This document shows positions 1 through 12,434 of a DNA stretch of 64,000 bases, one piece after another. A program made the translations under genes and the position numbers. Every line of letters begins with the position of its first letter. Position 1 is the first letter of the stretch. Origin of the DNA: Eledone cirrhosa. Lineage: Eukaryota. Below the pieces are notes generated by a model. The model was given only the letters and a program-made list of their open reading frames with translations. It ran no database searches and was not told where the DNA came from. The stretch covers positions 159,340,001 through 159,404,000 of the forward strand of contig OZ024740.1 of the NCBI GenBank assembly GCA_964016885.1, in the 5' to 3' direction.

Positions 1-209
1 CACTGCTGCATCATTTAAAACCTCCATGGTTCCTGAGATTCGCCAACACTACACCTAATATTCCCCCTCCATACACACGCACACATGTATATCATGACTC
101 ATACACTATTCACTTCCCTGATATTTGTATATTATTCTATGTACTATACATGCACCTTTGACGAGTTGTAGTGCACCTGAGCACTGTACACAATAATTTC
201 ATTATTATT
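1..209 (+). mobile_element. probable 3' end of a CR1/L2-like LINE with (ATT)n tail
   Basis: Ends in aataatttcattattatt and abuts a SINE. Family inferred from general appearance only. Confidence 0.35.
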
Positions 210-364
210 TTCCAGCATAGTTACGTCCTCTTACGATCTGAGTTCAAATCCCGCCGAGGTTAACTTTGCCTTTCATCCTTACGGGGTCGATAAAATAAAG
301 TACCAGTAATGTACTGGGTAATTGCAGGCCTTGTGCCTAAAAGTAGAAACAATTATTATTATTA
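210..364 (+). mobile_element. 5'-truncated tRNA-derived SINE (octopus-type family A)
   Basis: B-box gagttcaaatccc, body gttaactttgcctttcatccttacggggtcgataaaataaagtaccag, (ATT)n tail. Many copies in the window. Confidence 0.85.
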
Positions 365-852
365 AATGCTCTCGTTGTCCTGTGCTCCTTGAGCCGTATG
401 TGTAACAATCGGACGGTATTTCGATGTAGGAGAAGCCACATGGTTTACATGTGACCTTGTAGACCACATAAGCTCTCATGCACGATGTATTTTGTTATAT
501 TTGTCATACTGTACCCTATATATATTTCTACTGCATTGTACCACCTTTCTGAAACTTATCCGTCATTTTTTATATATGTTTAGTATTAACTATACTACTT
601 TATTCGAATTTTACTTATGACCGTATTGCACTTCGTGTGGGTCTCATACGAAACAAACATAAATTGTACTCCCTCATATGTATATAAAAACACTCATACA
701 TTTATGTATAAGTATATATATATATATATATATATATCGTGTATGTATATATATAGAGTATATCTGTAAATATATGCACATATACACACATATAGACACA
801 CAGACACAGACAGACACAGACACACACCCACACACAAACACATACACACAGC

Positions 853-884
<32 letters not shown>

Positions 885-1266
885 CATACATGCATACATA
901 GATACAGTATGTATACGATATTAAGGAAGTATAATGTGATACGTGGAACAACTTGGCTGGTATTTCTTGTAAGTCAGGCTTAACACATCAAGGAACCCGC
1001 TTCATTCTTGTTATGTTGAAGTGGGAGGTGTGTGGTGTGTGTGGCGGGAGGGGGGTGTAGAGAATCAAATGGTTAATAAATATAAGTTCCAGAATAGGAA
1101 GGTAATTAATTGGACGGATGGTATATATCGACTACGATGTTAATCACAGAAGCTAGAATAGGAAGGATGAATTTTATGGTTAGATAAATACAGATAGATA
1201 TTGGAATGGAGACAATACGATAACTGCTGGGACTAGTCTGGTTCGTTAAATGTTAGCTCTACTGGG

Positions 1267-1297
<31 letters not shown>

Positions 1298-1335
1298 TGT
1301 ATGTATGTATGTATGTATGTATGTATGTATGTATG

Positions 1336-1394
<59 letters not shown>

Positions 1395-1554
1395 CTGAAT
1401 GCGTACATACATATACACAGAAATATGTCTATATGTACACAACCATACATATTTATATATACACTTATATATATATATATATATATATATATCATCATCA
1501 TCATCTCCGTTTAACGTCCATTTTTCCAATATATATATATATATATATATATAT

Positions 1555-1750
1555 GTAACAAAGGAATTGTGGTAAGGAACCAGATCGACCATAACGCACC
1601 AGAATACTCAATACTTAGGGTAGTAGAGTGGGAATTAGGAAAAAGTATTACCTCAACGGCAGAGCTCAAGCCGTTTCGCCGGCTATTTCTGGTCCAGAAA
1701 TAGCTGTCGAAACGGCTTGAGCTCTGCCGTCGGGGTAATACTTTTTCCTA
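1555..1750. mobile_element. hairpin mini-element, family H1 (PLE 3' tip containing the 3' half of a hammerhead)
   Basis: Inverted arms 1636-1692/1694-1750 with apex at 1693. Motif GAAA-cggc-ttgagctct-gccg-TC. Flanked by (TA)n. Copies at 3182, 27235 and 37927. Confidence 0.8.
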
Positions 1751-2151
1751 TATATATGTAAATATATATATATATATATATATAAGTGTATGTGTGTTAA
1801 AATGTTTGTATATTTACATCTGTACGTATTTCTTTTATGGTTATATAATTAAGATCAAATGTACTAATTATAACAAGAATCATGTTCGTAGGAACACGTT
1901 ATCGTTAATTACTTCAATGGTATGAGAAAAACTGATAACAGCTTACACAATCGTACAGACAATCCCCCCCCCCCCCCACACACATATACATATATATATA
2001 TGTATGAATATATATATATATAAATATATATATATTATATATATATGTATATATGTATATATACACATATATATATATATATATATTCATATATATATAT
2101 AGATATTCATTTATTTAAGTGTATATATATATGCATAGATCTATATATATG

Positions 2152-2243
<92 letters not shown>

Positions 2244-2585
2244 TGTGTGTGTATAAATGTTTATGGATAAAGTTTGTCTATATTTACGTGTGGATGTGTA
2301 AGTTTGCATACGCGTATACATAATATAAACATATAATCACACACGTATATCTTTGTTTTTTCTTTCTTTCACTCTCTCCCTGTTTTTACACACACACACA
2401 CACGCACATGCAAACACACACACAAACATATATTTTTAAATCGTCCATTCTCCTCCTTACTACATATGTATACAGTTATAATAAACAAAAGATAATGAAT
2501 TAATATAAGCGATAATAATGATATTGATGATGTAATTGGTCAACCATACGCTAATTTTACAACAACACAATAAAAGAAGTAATAA

Positions 2586-2640
<55 letters not shown>

Positions 2641-2938
2641 AAAAATAATAGTAATAGAAATGGTAGTTTTAATAATACTGATAAATATAGCACTAATAAG
2701 GATGAGGACAACAACTCATAACAATAATAATAGCAATGATGATGAGGAAGGAGTGGTGGATATTTTCATAATGGAGGAAGAACAATTTCGATTATTGAAT
2801 CTATGATATAATTTTTGATCAAATGCCAACTTTGTAAGCTTGACTGAAAATGTTCCCCTTGTACGTATAACACACACACACACACACGCACACACGCACA
2901 CGCACACGCACACACACACGCACGCACACACATACACA

Positions 2939-2969
<31 letters not shown>

Positions 2970-2972
2970 GCG

Positions 2973-3035
<63 letters not shown>

Positions 3036-3128
3036 ATGTATGTACGTATGTAGTGCTTCTTTGCGGGTGAATTTTTGCTACTGATGGTGGATAAAATACA
3101 TATATTCGTACACATGTGTGTGTTGTAC

Positions 3129-3181
<53 letters not shown>

Positions 3182-3368
3182 ATAGAAAACAGTTTAACCC
3201 CGACGGCAGAGCTCAAGCCGTTTCAACGGCTATTTCTGGACTAGCCGTAGAAACGGCTTGAGCTCTGCCGTCGGGGTTAAACTTTTTCCTATTACCCACT
3301 CTACTACCCTAAGTATTGAGTACTCTGGTGCGTTATGGTCCATCTGGTTCTTTACCACACTTCCTTTG

Positions 3369-3371
<3 letters not shown>
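3182..3371. mobile_element. hairpin mini-element, family H1 (opposite orientation)
   Basis: Same sequence as 1555-1750 but inverted. Apex is the native stem-loop cggcta-tttctggac-tagccg. Lies in (TA)n. Confidence 0.8.
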
Positions 3372-3414
<43 letters not shown>

Positions 3415-3722
3415 GTATATATATATGTGTGTGTGTGTTAGGTAATCCCGAAGGAAAAGCAACGAAAAAGAAAAGAGTGCTATTTAATTAAAAAGTGAAC
3501 AACAGAAAATTAAACTACTCCATTACCAAATGTTTCTGGATCTCCGACAATAATAATATACGTCTGGATCGGTCGTCAGACAGGGATGATCTCTTCAAAC
3601 CTTTGGTTATGGAATAGTTGTATTTTGTGTTGTTCACTTTCTAAATATATATATATTATATAAAAGAAAATTTCGCTCTACATGGCTGAATACAATAAAT
3701 GTAATCTGAGTTTTTCGAATAT

Positions 3723-3907
3723 TAATAATTGTTTCTACTTTAGGCACAAGGCCAGCAATCACCCAGTGCATTACTGGTACTTTATTTTATAGACCCCGTA
3801 AGGATGAAAGGCAAAGTCAACCTCGGCGGGATTTGAACTGAGATCATAAAGGGACGTAACTATGATGGAAAGCATGGCGTCGGACCCTCTACCGATACTG
3901 CCAATCC
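3723..3907 (-). mobile_element. SINE family A (left-arm copy)
   Basis: Reverse complement of 4164-4349. Confidence 0.9.
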
Positions 3908-4011
3908 AAATAACATTCGATTCGTTTGCAATTTTGCAAACAAGACTCAATTTCATAGCCATGCCAGGAGAATGAACACTTCATTCTTGCTCTTATGTCG
4001 GCATGAGAACA

Positions 4012-4060
4012 GAACTGCAGACACTAATGTTTCTGGGTATCACCCTTCCTCAGGACAGCT
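4012..4060 (-). ncRNA. type I hammerhead ribozyme
   Basis: Minus strand reads agctgtc CTGAGGA a-gggt-gat-accc-a GAAA cattagtg TC tgcagtt. Stem III is a near-palindrome. Confidence 0.75.
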
Positions 4061-4163
4061 CACTGTTCACCTGCCATAAGAGCAAGAATGAAGTGTTCAT
4101 TCTCCTGGCATGGCTATAAAATTGAGTCTTGTTTGCAAAATTGCAAACGAATCGAATGTTATT

Positions 4164-4349
4164 TGGATTGGCAGTATCGGTAGAGGGTCCGACGCCATGC
4201 TTTCCATCATAGTTACGTCCCTTTATGATCTCAGTTCAAATCCCGCCGAGGTTGACTTTGCCTTTCATCCTTACGGGGTCTATAAAATAAAGTACCAGTA
4301 ATGCACTGGGTGATTGCTGGCCTTGTGCCTAAAGTAGAAACAATTATTA
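4164..4349 (+). mobile_element. SINE family A (right-arm copy)
   Basis: A-box-like tggcagtatcgg, B-box cagttcaaatccc, conserved body. Confidence 0.9.
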
Positions 4350-4418
4350 ATATTCGAAAAACTCAGATTACATTTATTGTATTCAGCCATGTAGAGCGAA
4401 ATTTTCTTTTATATAATA

Positions 4419-5329
4419 CTAGCAGTAAAGCCCGGCGTTGCTCGGGGTCGCTCAGTAGCTGTGTTAAAGTTACAATGTTAAGTTTCTTTTTTGGCTTAAA
4501 AACTGTAGTGTCTACTGTGCGGACTTGCATGTGGTGTTTTTGATTAATATTCCCTCAACCAACAATATGCCTTATGAAGTTAAGAAAACATAACGATAAC
4601 CCGAATGTTATAACAAAAGAGGATGCTGGGGATAGAAACTGCACTGGTTATTTATTAACAAAGATCGAAAATGTAAACACTGCAACGCAGAGAAAAACAT
4701 TAGCGTAACCAAATTATCAGTTATGTCTGTCTGCACGCCTATATCACCTCTCTGCACGACTGTCTGTCTGCACGCCTATATCACCTCTCTGCACGACTAT
4801 CTGTCTGCACGCGTATATCACCTCTCTGCACGACTGTCTGTCTGCACGACTGTCTGTCTGCACGCCTAACGACGAAATATTTGCTTGTTTTACGTAGTCT
4901 TTAAATAGACTTGTTTTCAAGTAAAAATATTGTTTTAAAATGCTTTTAAATGGAAATGAAGCAAAACGGAAGCTTAGTGTTCGAACTGATGAATTTTGCA
5001 GGTCAATATTTTGCTGGCTCGACAACTGTTCGTGTATTGTGTTAATGTCATTTTAAACGCTGAGAAAGCCAGCGTAATGTTTTACGTAAGACGCTCAATG
5101 TAAACAGAACAAAGGGAAATAACTGATAACTTACGCTCAAAAATCGATACATTATATTCGATTTCGTCACATAGGGTGGGTCAATTTGAAATATCTTTTT
5201 TCCGATGTCTTCGCTAGGGCTCAATGTACAAGTATAGCAATTTCGGTGCAATTCCGTGAGAGATTCTAAGAGGAGATGTGTGCCAAAAATCGATAGACAG
5301 ACAGACAACCACAGTTTTATATATATAGA
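4419..5329 (-). mobile_element. non-autonomous Helitron
   Basis: Minus strand starts TCtatatatataaaa and ends with hairpin cccgagcaacgccggg followed by CTAG. Inserted between A4418 and T5330 with no TSD; the empty site is preserved in the other arm (about 3641-3670). Internal ~37-nt tandem repeat at 4725-4868. Confidence 0.9.
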
Positions 5330-5598
5330 TATATATATTTAGAAAGTGAACAATACAAAATACAACTACTCCATAACCAAAGGTTTGAAGAGATCATCCC
5401 TGTCTGACGACCGATCCAGACGTATATTATTATTGTCGGAGATCCAGAAACATTTGGTAATGGAGTAGTTTAATTTTCTGTTGTTCACTTTCTAATTAAA
5501 TAGCACTCTTTTCTTTTTCGTTGCTTTTCCTTCGGAATTACCTAACACACATGTACCGATGAAGGGTGATACCCAGAAACATTAGTGTCTGCAGTTCT

Positions 5599-6095
5599 TT
5601 GCGCATGTGTTACATCCGGGTGTCTGTGTGTGTTTATATTTGTTTATTTATTTGTTTATTTACATGTTGTTTATTTACTGGTTGGTTGTTTGTTCTATGT
5701 GTGTGTGTGTTTTCATTTTCATTTGAAAATGAAAACACACACACACAGACACCCGGATGTAACACATGCGCACAACACACACAAAAACAAGATGGCGTAG
5801 GACAGAACAAAGTAGAGGCACAAAAACAAAGAAAAGAATCCCCAGTCACTGAAGAGATGACAGAATGTGTGCCGAAAGAACTTTGACAATATATGAACAA
5901 TCGTCTGGTTGTGGAACCAACCAACCAACCGGAAATTTATAAATTCCTAAATTTATAAGTTTAATTTATAATAAATTGAAGTGAAAGCATGGTGCGTGTG
6001 TTTCTTATTGGCAACATGACCCTCCCAAAGTATAACAATATCGGTTTCAACACTCGTTTTCAGATAAAGAATCTTGCTAAACAAATTCAGAAACG

Positions 6096-6099
<4 letters not shown>
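5599..6099. mobile_element. inverted pLTR remnant of the 55-59 kb PLE family (family N), with degenerate hammerhead at 5844-5888
   Basis: Matches 58500-58934 and the 55308-55373 tail. Local hairpin ttttcattttc-attt-gaaaatgaaaa near 5722. Confidence 0.85.
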
Positions 6100-6129
<30 letters not shown>

Positions 6130-6134
<5 letters not shown>

Positions 6135-6950
6135 TTATAAGTATTTGGATGTCGATTCTCGAAACGTAACATCCTCCTGTATTGAACTAAAGAACATCAG
6201 ACTACGATTCTCTAACTGGATTGTCAAACGCTCAATATCGAATCGTCGTGGATTATGTGAGGGGCATATAATCTGAAAAATACACTCCCCAGACTATGAA
6301 AATGTCGAAGTACATGAGGTCCATATCATCCCTTCACTGCGCATTTCCAATATTTTTTATATTTTTAATGCTTGCACTATTTTTAATGCTTATATTATTT
6401 CTCCACACACAGACTATAACAATCATATAAAGAATTTGTCACCAGATCAACCAATCTAACACTCTTGTTTACCTACTTAAGGGCTTCTACTACACGTAAC
6501 TCTCTGCCACACTATATAAACAAGACGCACGTGCTTGACACACATATAACCTTTGCACTATATAACCGCTTATTTTCATGTTGTACTTTAACCTGTATTT
6601 TGGATTGTATCTTTTAATATGAATGTAATCTCTAAGTGTGTACTGCCACTCTAAATGCTGTAATGAATGTTGACCCACAATATTTGCATATGTATCTGTA
6701 TGTCTCTTGGGTGAAAATGAGGTCATATAAGTGTTCATTCATTAATAAATTGCTCCGAAGAATCCAAACCTCGGTTTGGAGGAAACAGTTGTAAGCATAA
6801 AAATGTTTTGAACAGTTCTTTGATTCTTATAATTCATTTAACTGCTCTGTAAATCATCTGATGTTTTTACATTGAGCTACTTAACTTACTGGTAATAAGG
6901 TAGTAATATATTACTGCCTACCACTATTTAGGGTTTGTATAAAAATATAT
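6130..6950 (+). mobile_element. probable 3' fragment of another PLE (degenerate endonuclease C-terminus plus 3' UTR)
   Basis: Bounded by (TA)n and contains the hammerhead at 6751. The peptide ...RFSNWIVKRSISNRRGLCEGHII only weakly resembles a GIY-YIG C-terminus. Confidence 0.5.
6751..6797 (+). ncRNA. type I hammerhead ribozyme with one core mutation
   Basis: tgct CcGAAGA a-tccaaacc-tc-ggtttgga-g GAAA cagttg TA agca. Confidence 0.75.
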
Positions 6951-7000
6951 ATAACTGCAAAAGGTTTTTATATTTACATAACCATAAATAGTATAATTAA

Positions 7001-7090
<90 letters not shown>

Positions 7091-7748
7091 TTTACTTTTG
7101 AATATATATATATACTCAAAAGTAAGATTTTTGTAGTATATCAACACAGGTAAATATGTAGGAAAAAGAAATTGAAACTGCAATTTAAGAAGGTTTATTT
7201 ACAATAACTTATACAATTTTCATGAATTTTCGAAAGTTAAGAAGTTAGGAGAACTGTGTGGCTATGCCATTATGTAACTCGCGTCTAACTGGTGTTGGGA
7301 GTTTATTTCAGTTTTATGCAAAACATGCGCCTAAGATTGCGGTATGATTAAAATAAAATTTGATAGGTTGAGGAAGATCATGTAATTAAGCATTGAATTT
7401 TGTTATAATTTCACACCAAAAATTGGGAGTGTCATATTTCTTGTTTTATTCGGAAAAGTGGCTCAAATTTCTCTCTGTTTAAAGTATAATTTGATATGCT
7501 GAGAATGATAATGTGATTTGGTTGTACTTAAGCGTCATAGTACGGGCGTGTCGTGGTTTAGGGAATGTGGACACTGCCAATTCATGCTGAACGTATTGTC
7601 TTTGTGGAAATCCGAAAAATTCAAAAGTACATGAATTTTCTTTATGTGTGTGTAGCTATGTTTTTGTTTCCTGCTACGTCCGAATAATAATAGCACAGTA
7701 ACAAAAATAGTAATAATAATAATTATTATTAACATTACCGTCACTATC

Positions 7749-7970
7749 ATAATTGTTTCTTATATAGGCACAAGGCCAGCAATTTTGGGGGCAGGGGAAA
7801 GTCGATTAAATCGACCCCAGTCCGCGACTAGTACTTTATTTTATCGACACCGTAAGGATGAAAGGCAAAGATAACCTCGGCGGGATTTGAACTCAGATCA
7901 TAAAGGACCGTAACTCTATGCGTCAAAGCATGGCGCCCGGCCCTCTACCGATACTGCCAATCCAATGACC
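7749..7970 (-). mobile_element. SINE family A, long variant
   Basis: Full body including the gtcgattaaatcgac hairpin. Confidence 0.9.
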
Positions 7971-8335
7971 CAATCAGCATAAAGAACACGAATTGTACGT
8001 GACTATGTGTGTGCGTTATGGTTCAGTAAGTAGCCGGGTGCACAAATATATAATTTTTATTTTGAATAAATATATATTATTTTATTCATTGTTGTGTCGT
8101 ATGTGTGTGAGTGCAACAATGGCGGTTTATTTCCTTCTCTGTCCGGGTACCAATGATCATGTGATAACAATAATAATTGCGACAACAATAACAATGATAA
8201 TGTTGATAGTAATTCGATTAGCTTGGTGACGGATATTATGTGCGCGCACGCGCCGTGTGGGTGTGGGGGTAGTTTGAGTCTATTCAGATGTGATTTGTAT
8301 TTTTGGATAAATAAATATATATATACATATATATA

Positions 8336-8376
<41 letters not shown>

Positions 8377-8641
8377 GGAAAAAATGAAACGAAATTTCAG
8401 TTCCCACTCTTAGTACGGCTGTTACTTAAATATAAGTATATACACGTACATACATATATGTATACAGACGTACAGTAGTATATATATATATATATATACA
8501 TACATGCACACATATATATATGTACGTATGGATTCACCTAACATTTATTATAATGCTCGGTGTGTTTTTAAACAAACATCCCGTATTAAGCCGTAGTGTC
8601 TAGCAACCATCGTTGCTCGTTTGTTCAACACTGACAAAGGA

Positions 8642-8684
8642 ACGCTGTACTAGTTTCAAGCTTATTAGATATCGTCAGCAACGT
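8642..8684 (-). ncRNA. type I hammerhead ribozyme (mirror of 8952-8994)
   Basis: Exact reverse complement of 8952-8994. Confidence 0.7.
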
Positions 8685-8951
8685 ATACCTTCCTGCCAGA
8701 TTGTTGAACGTATATACTTACCTTATGCATATTAATAGCTGCGAAGCCCAATTTGCATATCGAGTGGGTTAATGGGCCGGGTGCACCGAAAACGATAAAC
8801 GGTAAAAACGAAACGAAATTTCATTTTTTTTTTCCGTTTATCGTTTTCGGTGCACCCGGCCGATTAACCCACTCGATATGCAAATTAGGCTTCGCAGCTA
8901 TTAATATGCATAAGGTAAGTATATACGTTCAACAATCTGGCAGGAAGGTAT

Positions 8952-8994
8952 ACGTTGCTGACGATATCTAATAAGCTTGAAACTAGTACAGCGT
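8952..8994 (+). ncRNA. type I hammerhead ribozyme with minimal stem III
   Basis: acgttg CTGACGA tatctaataagctt GAAA ctag TA cagcgt. Stem II is poorly paired. Confidence 0.7.
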
Positions 8995-9233
8995 TCCTTT
9001 GTCAGTGTTGAACAAACGAGCAACGATGGTTGCTAGACACTACGGCTTAATACGGGATGTTTGTTTACAAACACACCGAGCATTATAATAAATGTTCGGT
9101 GAATCCATACGTACATATATATATGTGTGCATGTATGTATATATATATACATACTAATGTACGTCTGTATACATATATTTATGTACGTGTACATACTTAT
9201 ATATATATATATATGTATATGTATATATATATA

Positions 9234-9542
9234 TATTTCGTTTCTGAATTTTCTGAACACATGCGCAAACTAAGCACACAACACACACACAAAAACAAGA
9301 TGGCGTAGGACAGAACATAGGAGAGGCACAAAAAACAAAGAAAAGAATCCCCAGTCACTGAAGAGGTCACAGAATATGTGACGAAAGAACTTTGACAATA
9401 TATAAACAATCATCTGGTTGTGGAACCAACCAACCAACCGGAAATTTATAAATTCATAAATTTATAAATTTATTATAATAAATTGAAGTGAACGCAACTG
9501 GTGCGTGTGTTTCTTATTGGCAACATGACCCTCCCAAAGTAT

Positions 9543-9549
<7 letters not shown>
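9234..9549. mobile_element. family N pLTR remnant with hammerhead at 9353-9397 and a ~17-nt inverted long end
   Basis: agtca CTGAAGA g-gtcac-agaatat-gtgac GAAA gaac TT tgac. Left end atttcgtttctgaattt is the inverted family tail. Lies in (TA)n. Confidence 0.85.
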
Positions 9550-9600
<51 letters not shown>

Positions 9601-9601
9601 A

Positions 9602-9643
<42 letters not shown>

Positions 9644-10079
9644 GGTGTGTGTATACGTGTCAACACGTTTGCGTATTTGTATATATACATATGCATAGAG
9701 CTAGTGTTTTCCTATGTATACTTAACTAAAATAAGATAAGCACAAAAATCACAACATATTAATGGGAGCGGGCAAATGGTCAGGGAGAGCGAGAGAGGCA
9801 AAATGATAGATAGAAGGAAAGATATTAAGACTGCGAAGAGAGGGTTGAGGACACAATTGCTTTGATTTGATTGACATTAAACAGAAAACAAAGATGACAA
9901 TCAATATTATAGTGAAGAGAATGTGGTAAAGAAAATATTGGAACAATTTATTATACTTGTGTTTGTTTCATCGCTTTTTGATGGATATAATAGTTGTAAT
10001 TTAATGTCGGTCTTATCTATTTTCTGACCTATCTCTTTGTCAATAAATTGAAGCAATTACTGAATGAATATGATATTCT

Positions 10080-10770
10080 ACTGCAGATATTTACATCAAA
10101 TCACAATTCACCAATCATTTGTTAATATCGGATATATTGAGTTCAAATCATAGATATTGAGTTAAAAAAAAACAGATTCTGTCATTGAAAATATTTCTTG
10201 AGCTGAATTCATAGATCATGAGAATAGAAATTACAGATCATGAGCTGAAATTACAAATATTACCTTAAAACCACAGGTCTTCTGTTCAAATCTCAGATCT
10301 CGATCTTCGATTCAAGTCGCAAATTTTGAGTTCATAGTAATAGATCTTTAGCTGACATGACAGATCTATAGATCAAACCGCACATCTTACATTTAAAAGA
10401 AATAGTTATTGAGGTGACAAAGCTGATGGCGAGTTCAGTTCACAAATCACTGATCAAATCACATATATTGTTCTTTAGTCCAAATATAAGAGCTGAAAAT
10501 GTAATCATACATATATTGAGATCAAATCTTAGATATCATCATCACAGATATTGAAATCAAACCACAGATATTGAGATCAAATTACAGATATTGACTTGCA
10601 CTCAAATATCAGAACTTAATATCAAAGGGCAGATATTAAGGTCATATCACTTATTTACCTCAAAGCCCGCAACTATAGATAAAATAACATATCAAAGATC
10701 AAATCACAGAACATGAGTTCAAATCATACATCTTTAGATAGAATTACAGATAATCTATTCAAATCCAATG
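10080..10770. repeat. degenerate ~20-nt minisatellite (consensus about atcaaatcacagatattgag)
   Basis: Recurrent units, clearest at 10540-10595. Confidence 0.7.
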
Positions 10771-11349
10771 CATGCATGTAATGTCATCTGAGTAATTAGG
10801 CAGTGTAGCTGATCAATCTACACTAGATAGTCAACATGAAATAAACCTACGTCTTATCTAGAGGAGCTTGGAACTGGCTTATTTCTTACCTTATTTTATT
10901 ACTAAATGCACACTTACACACACACTCGCACACATACATACACAGACACACATACTACATACACACACACACATATACATAAATACACGCACATAGATAC
11001 AAACATACATACATATATACTGTAAAGATAAATTTAAGACTTGAAGTGAAAGATAATGTCTACATATATAAATAAACAAGACAAAATAATCAGAGGAATC
11101 CATAAAAAGAACGTAAAGTTAACATAAAAATAGGTATGAATTTAATTAAATGTTTCCTCACATATTGGATCCTTGAATTAAACTAGTTTGGAATTGTGTC
11201 AGATGCCAAAGACACACAGAAATTGTAACATGTTTCCTTTCGCTTGGCTAATCTGATTAATCTTTTTTGCCAATCCCTTTATCTCTTTAGGTTCATATCA
11301 ATTATCTCTAGGACAGTAAGACAAGATTCTATGTATACAAATTATATAG

Positions 11350-11870
11350 ATTTAATTTTAACTCTGTTATGCTTTTAAGTTATTGTTTAGCTCGCAGGAA
11401 AGCGCTGATTCTGGGTAATACATTTAGGTATAATCCTGTGGATAGCCTTGTTTAAGTTCACATTTAGTCCCACAAGACAGCCCTAAAGTCGGAATTTAAG
11501 CTAATGTTTAAACCATATGACAATCCTAATCTTGGGCGTTAAGTTATTGTTTAGGTCCTAGGACGACGCAAATCCCAGGCATTAATTTATTGTATACTTC
11601 CGAAGACATGAATGATCTTGGTGGGCAAATCATAATTAAACACAAATACAATGCTGATCTTCGGTGTTAAGTTATTGTTTTATTCCCAGCGTAGAGCTGA
11701 TCTTTGGATTATGTTATTGTTTAACCCCATGACAGCTCTATCAGTGAGAGTTAAGATATGGTTTAACTACTGGTCAGCATTGAGTCTTTACGATGTTGGT
11801 AAATCTCCAGGAGAACGCTGGCCCTGGTAGTTATTTAAAACCCAGGATAGTGTAATTTTCTCAATGTCAA
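11350..11870. repeat. degenerate ~43-45-nt tandem repeat
   Basis: Recurrent ttaagttattgttta...cagg...gctgatctt. Confidence 0.6.
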
Positions 11871-12007
11871 GATGCAGTTATGCATATATCAGCATAATTA
11901 TTTGACAAACAAGGACTGATATCATCAATGAAATTCTTTAAGGTGGTGCCCCCATCTAGATGGCAATTGAAAGACAGGAGACAATGATAGAAAAAATAGT
12001 TAACACA

Positions 12008-12262
12008 TCTTAATATATAAAAGCGATTGTATGTAATATATGTCTGTAATGTAGGTATGTATGTCCCAAGTTTGCATCTAGGTACTATGCGCTGTGTGAT
12101 TTGTTCAGATATGTTTCATAACCTCAGTAGGTTATAATCTAGCATGTGTCAAGTGTTTTATTCAATGAACGTATCATGTATCATGTATTGTAAGCATTAG
12201 AAATTATCATATTACCTATATTAGAAATGACTGCACAGGCGTGAGTGGGGTTACGGCTGTCA
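12008..12262 (+). mobile_element. degenerate non-autonomous Helitron-like element
   Basis: Starts a|TCttaatatataaaa followed by (tgta)/(tgtc) repeats like the other Helitrons. 3' end is decayed. Confidence 0.4.
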
Positions 12263-12434
12263 GAAAATGTTATAGACTGGATATTATTAGGAAGAAGGAT
12301 TTGCTTCTTGAAGCTTAGGCTGGGAGATAGGTCTCTGTGGGCAAGTGTATGCACCAAACAAGGAGTCCGAATACAAGTCACTGCAGTCCAAATGAAGTCA
12401 CTGCAGCGTTAGATATAATTATTAAGAATAAGTA

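Larger units (their letters stand above)
3432..5598. mobile_element. large inverted non-coding hammerhead element with a SINE in both arms; right arm interrupted by a Helitron
   Basis: 3432-3996 is the reverse complement of 4076-4418 plus 5330-5552. Hammerheads at 4012-4060(-) and about 5551-5598(+). Confidence 0.8.
8372..9200. mobile_element. head-to-head non-coding hammerhead element (family H2)
   Basis: Near-perfect inverted arms about 8430-8805 and 8830-9200. Hammerhead in each arm. Related tail fragment at about 59180-59298. Confidence 0.85.

Noticed and set aside
1555-1750. Hairpin elements as DNA-transposon MITEs
   Set aside because: Asymmetric ends, variable apex, hammerhead motifs and shared architecture with ORF-bearing PLEs argue for a retro-origin. 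Only 25843-25943 looks like a true MITE.
2536-2721. Poly-Asn / poly-Leu ORFs
   Set aside because: (AAT)n microsatellite.
4725-4868. CRISPR-like array of ~37-nt repeats
   Set aside because: It is a tandem repeat without unique spacers, inside a Helitron in eukaryotic DNA.
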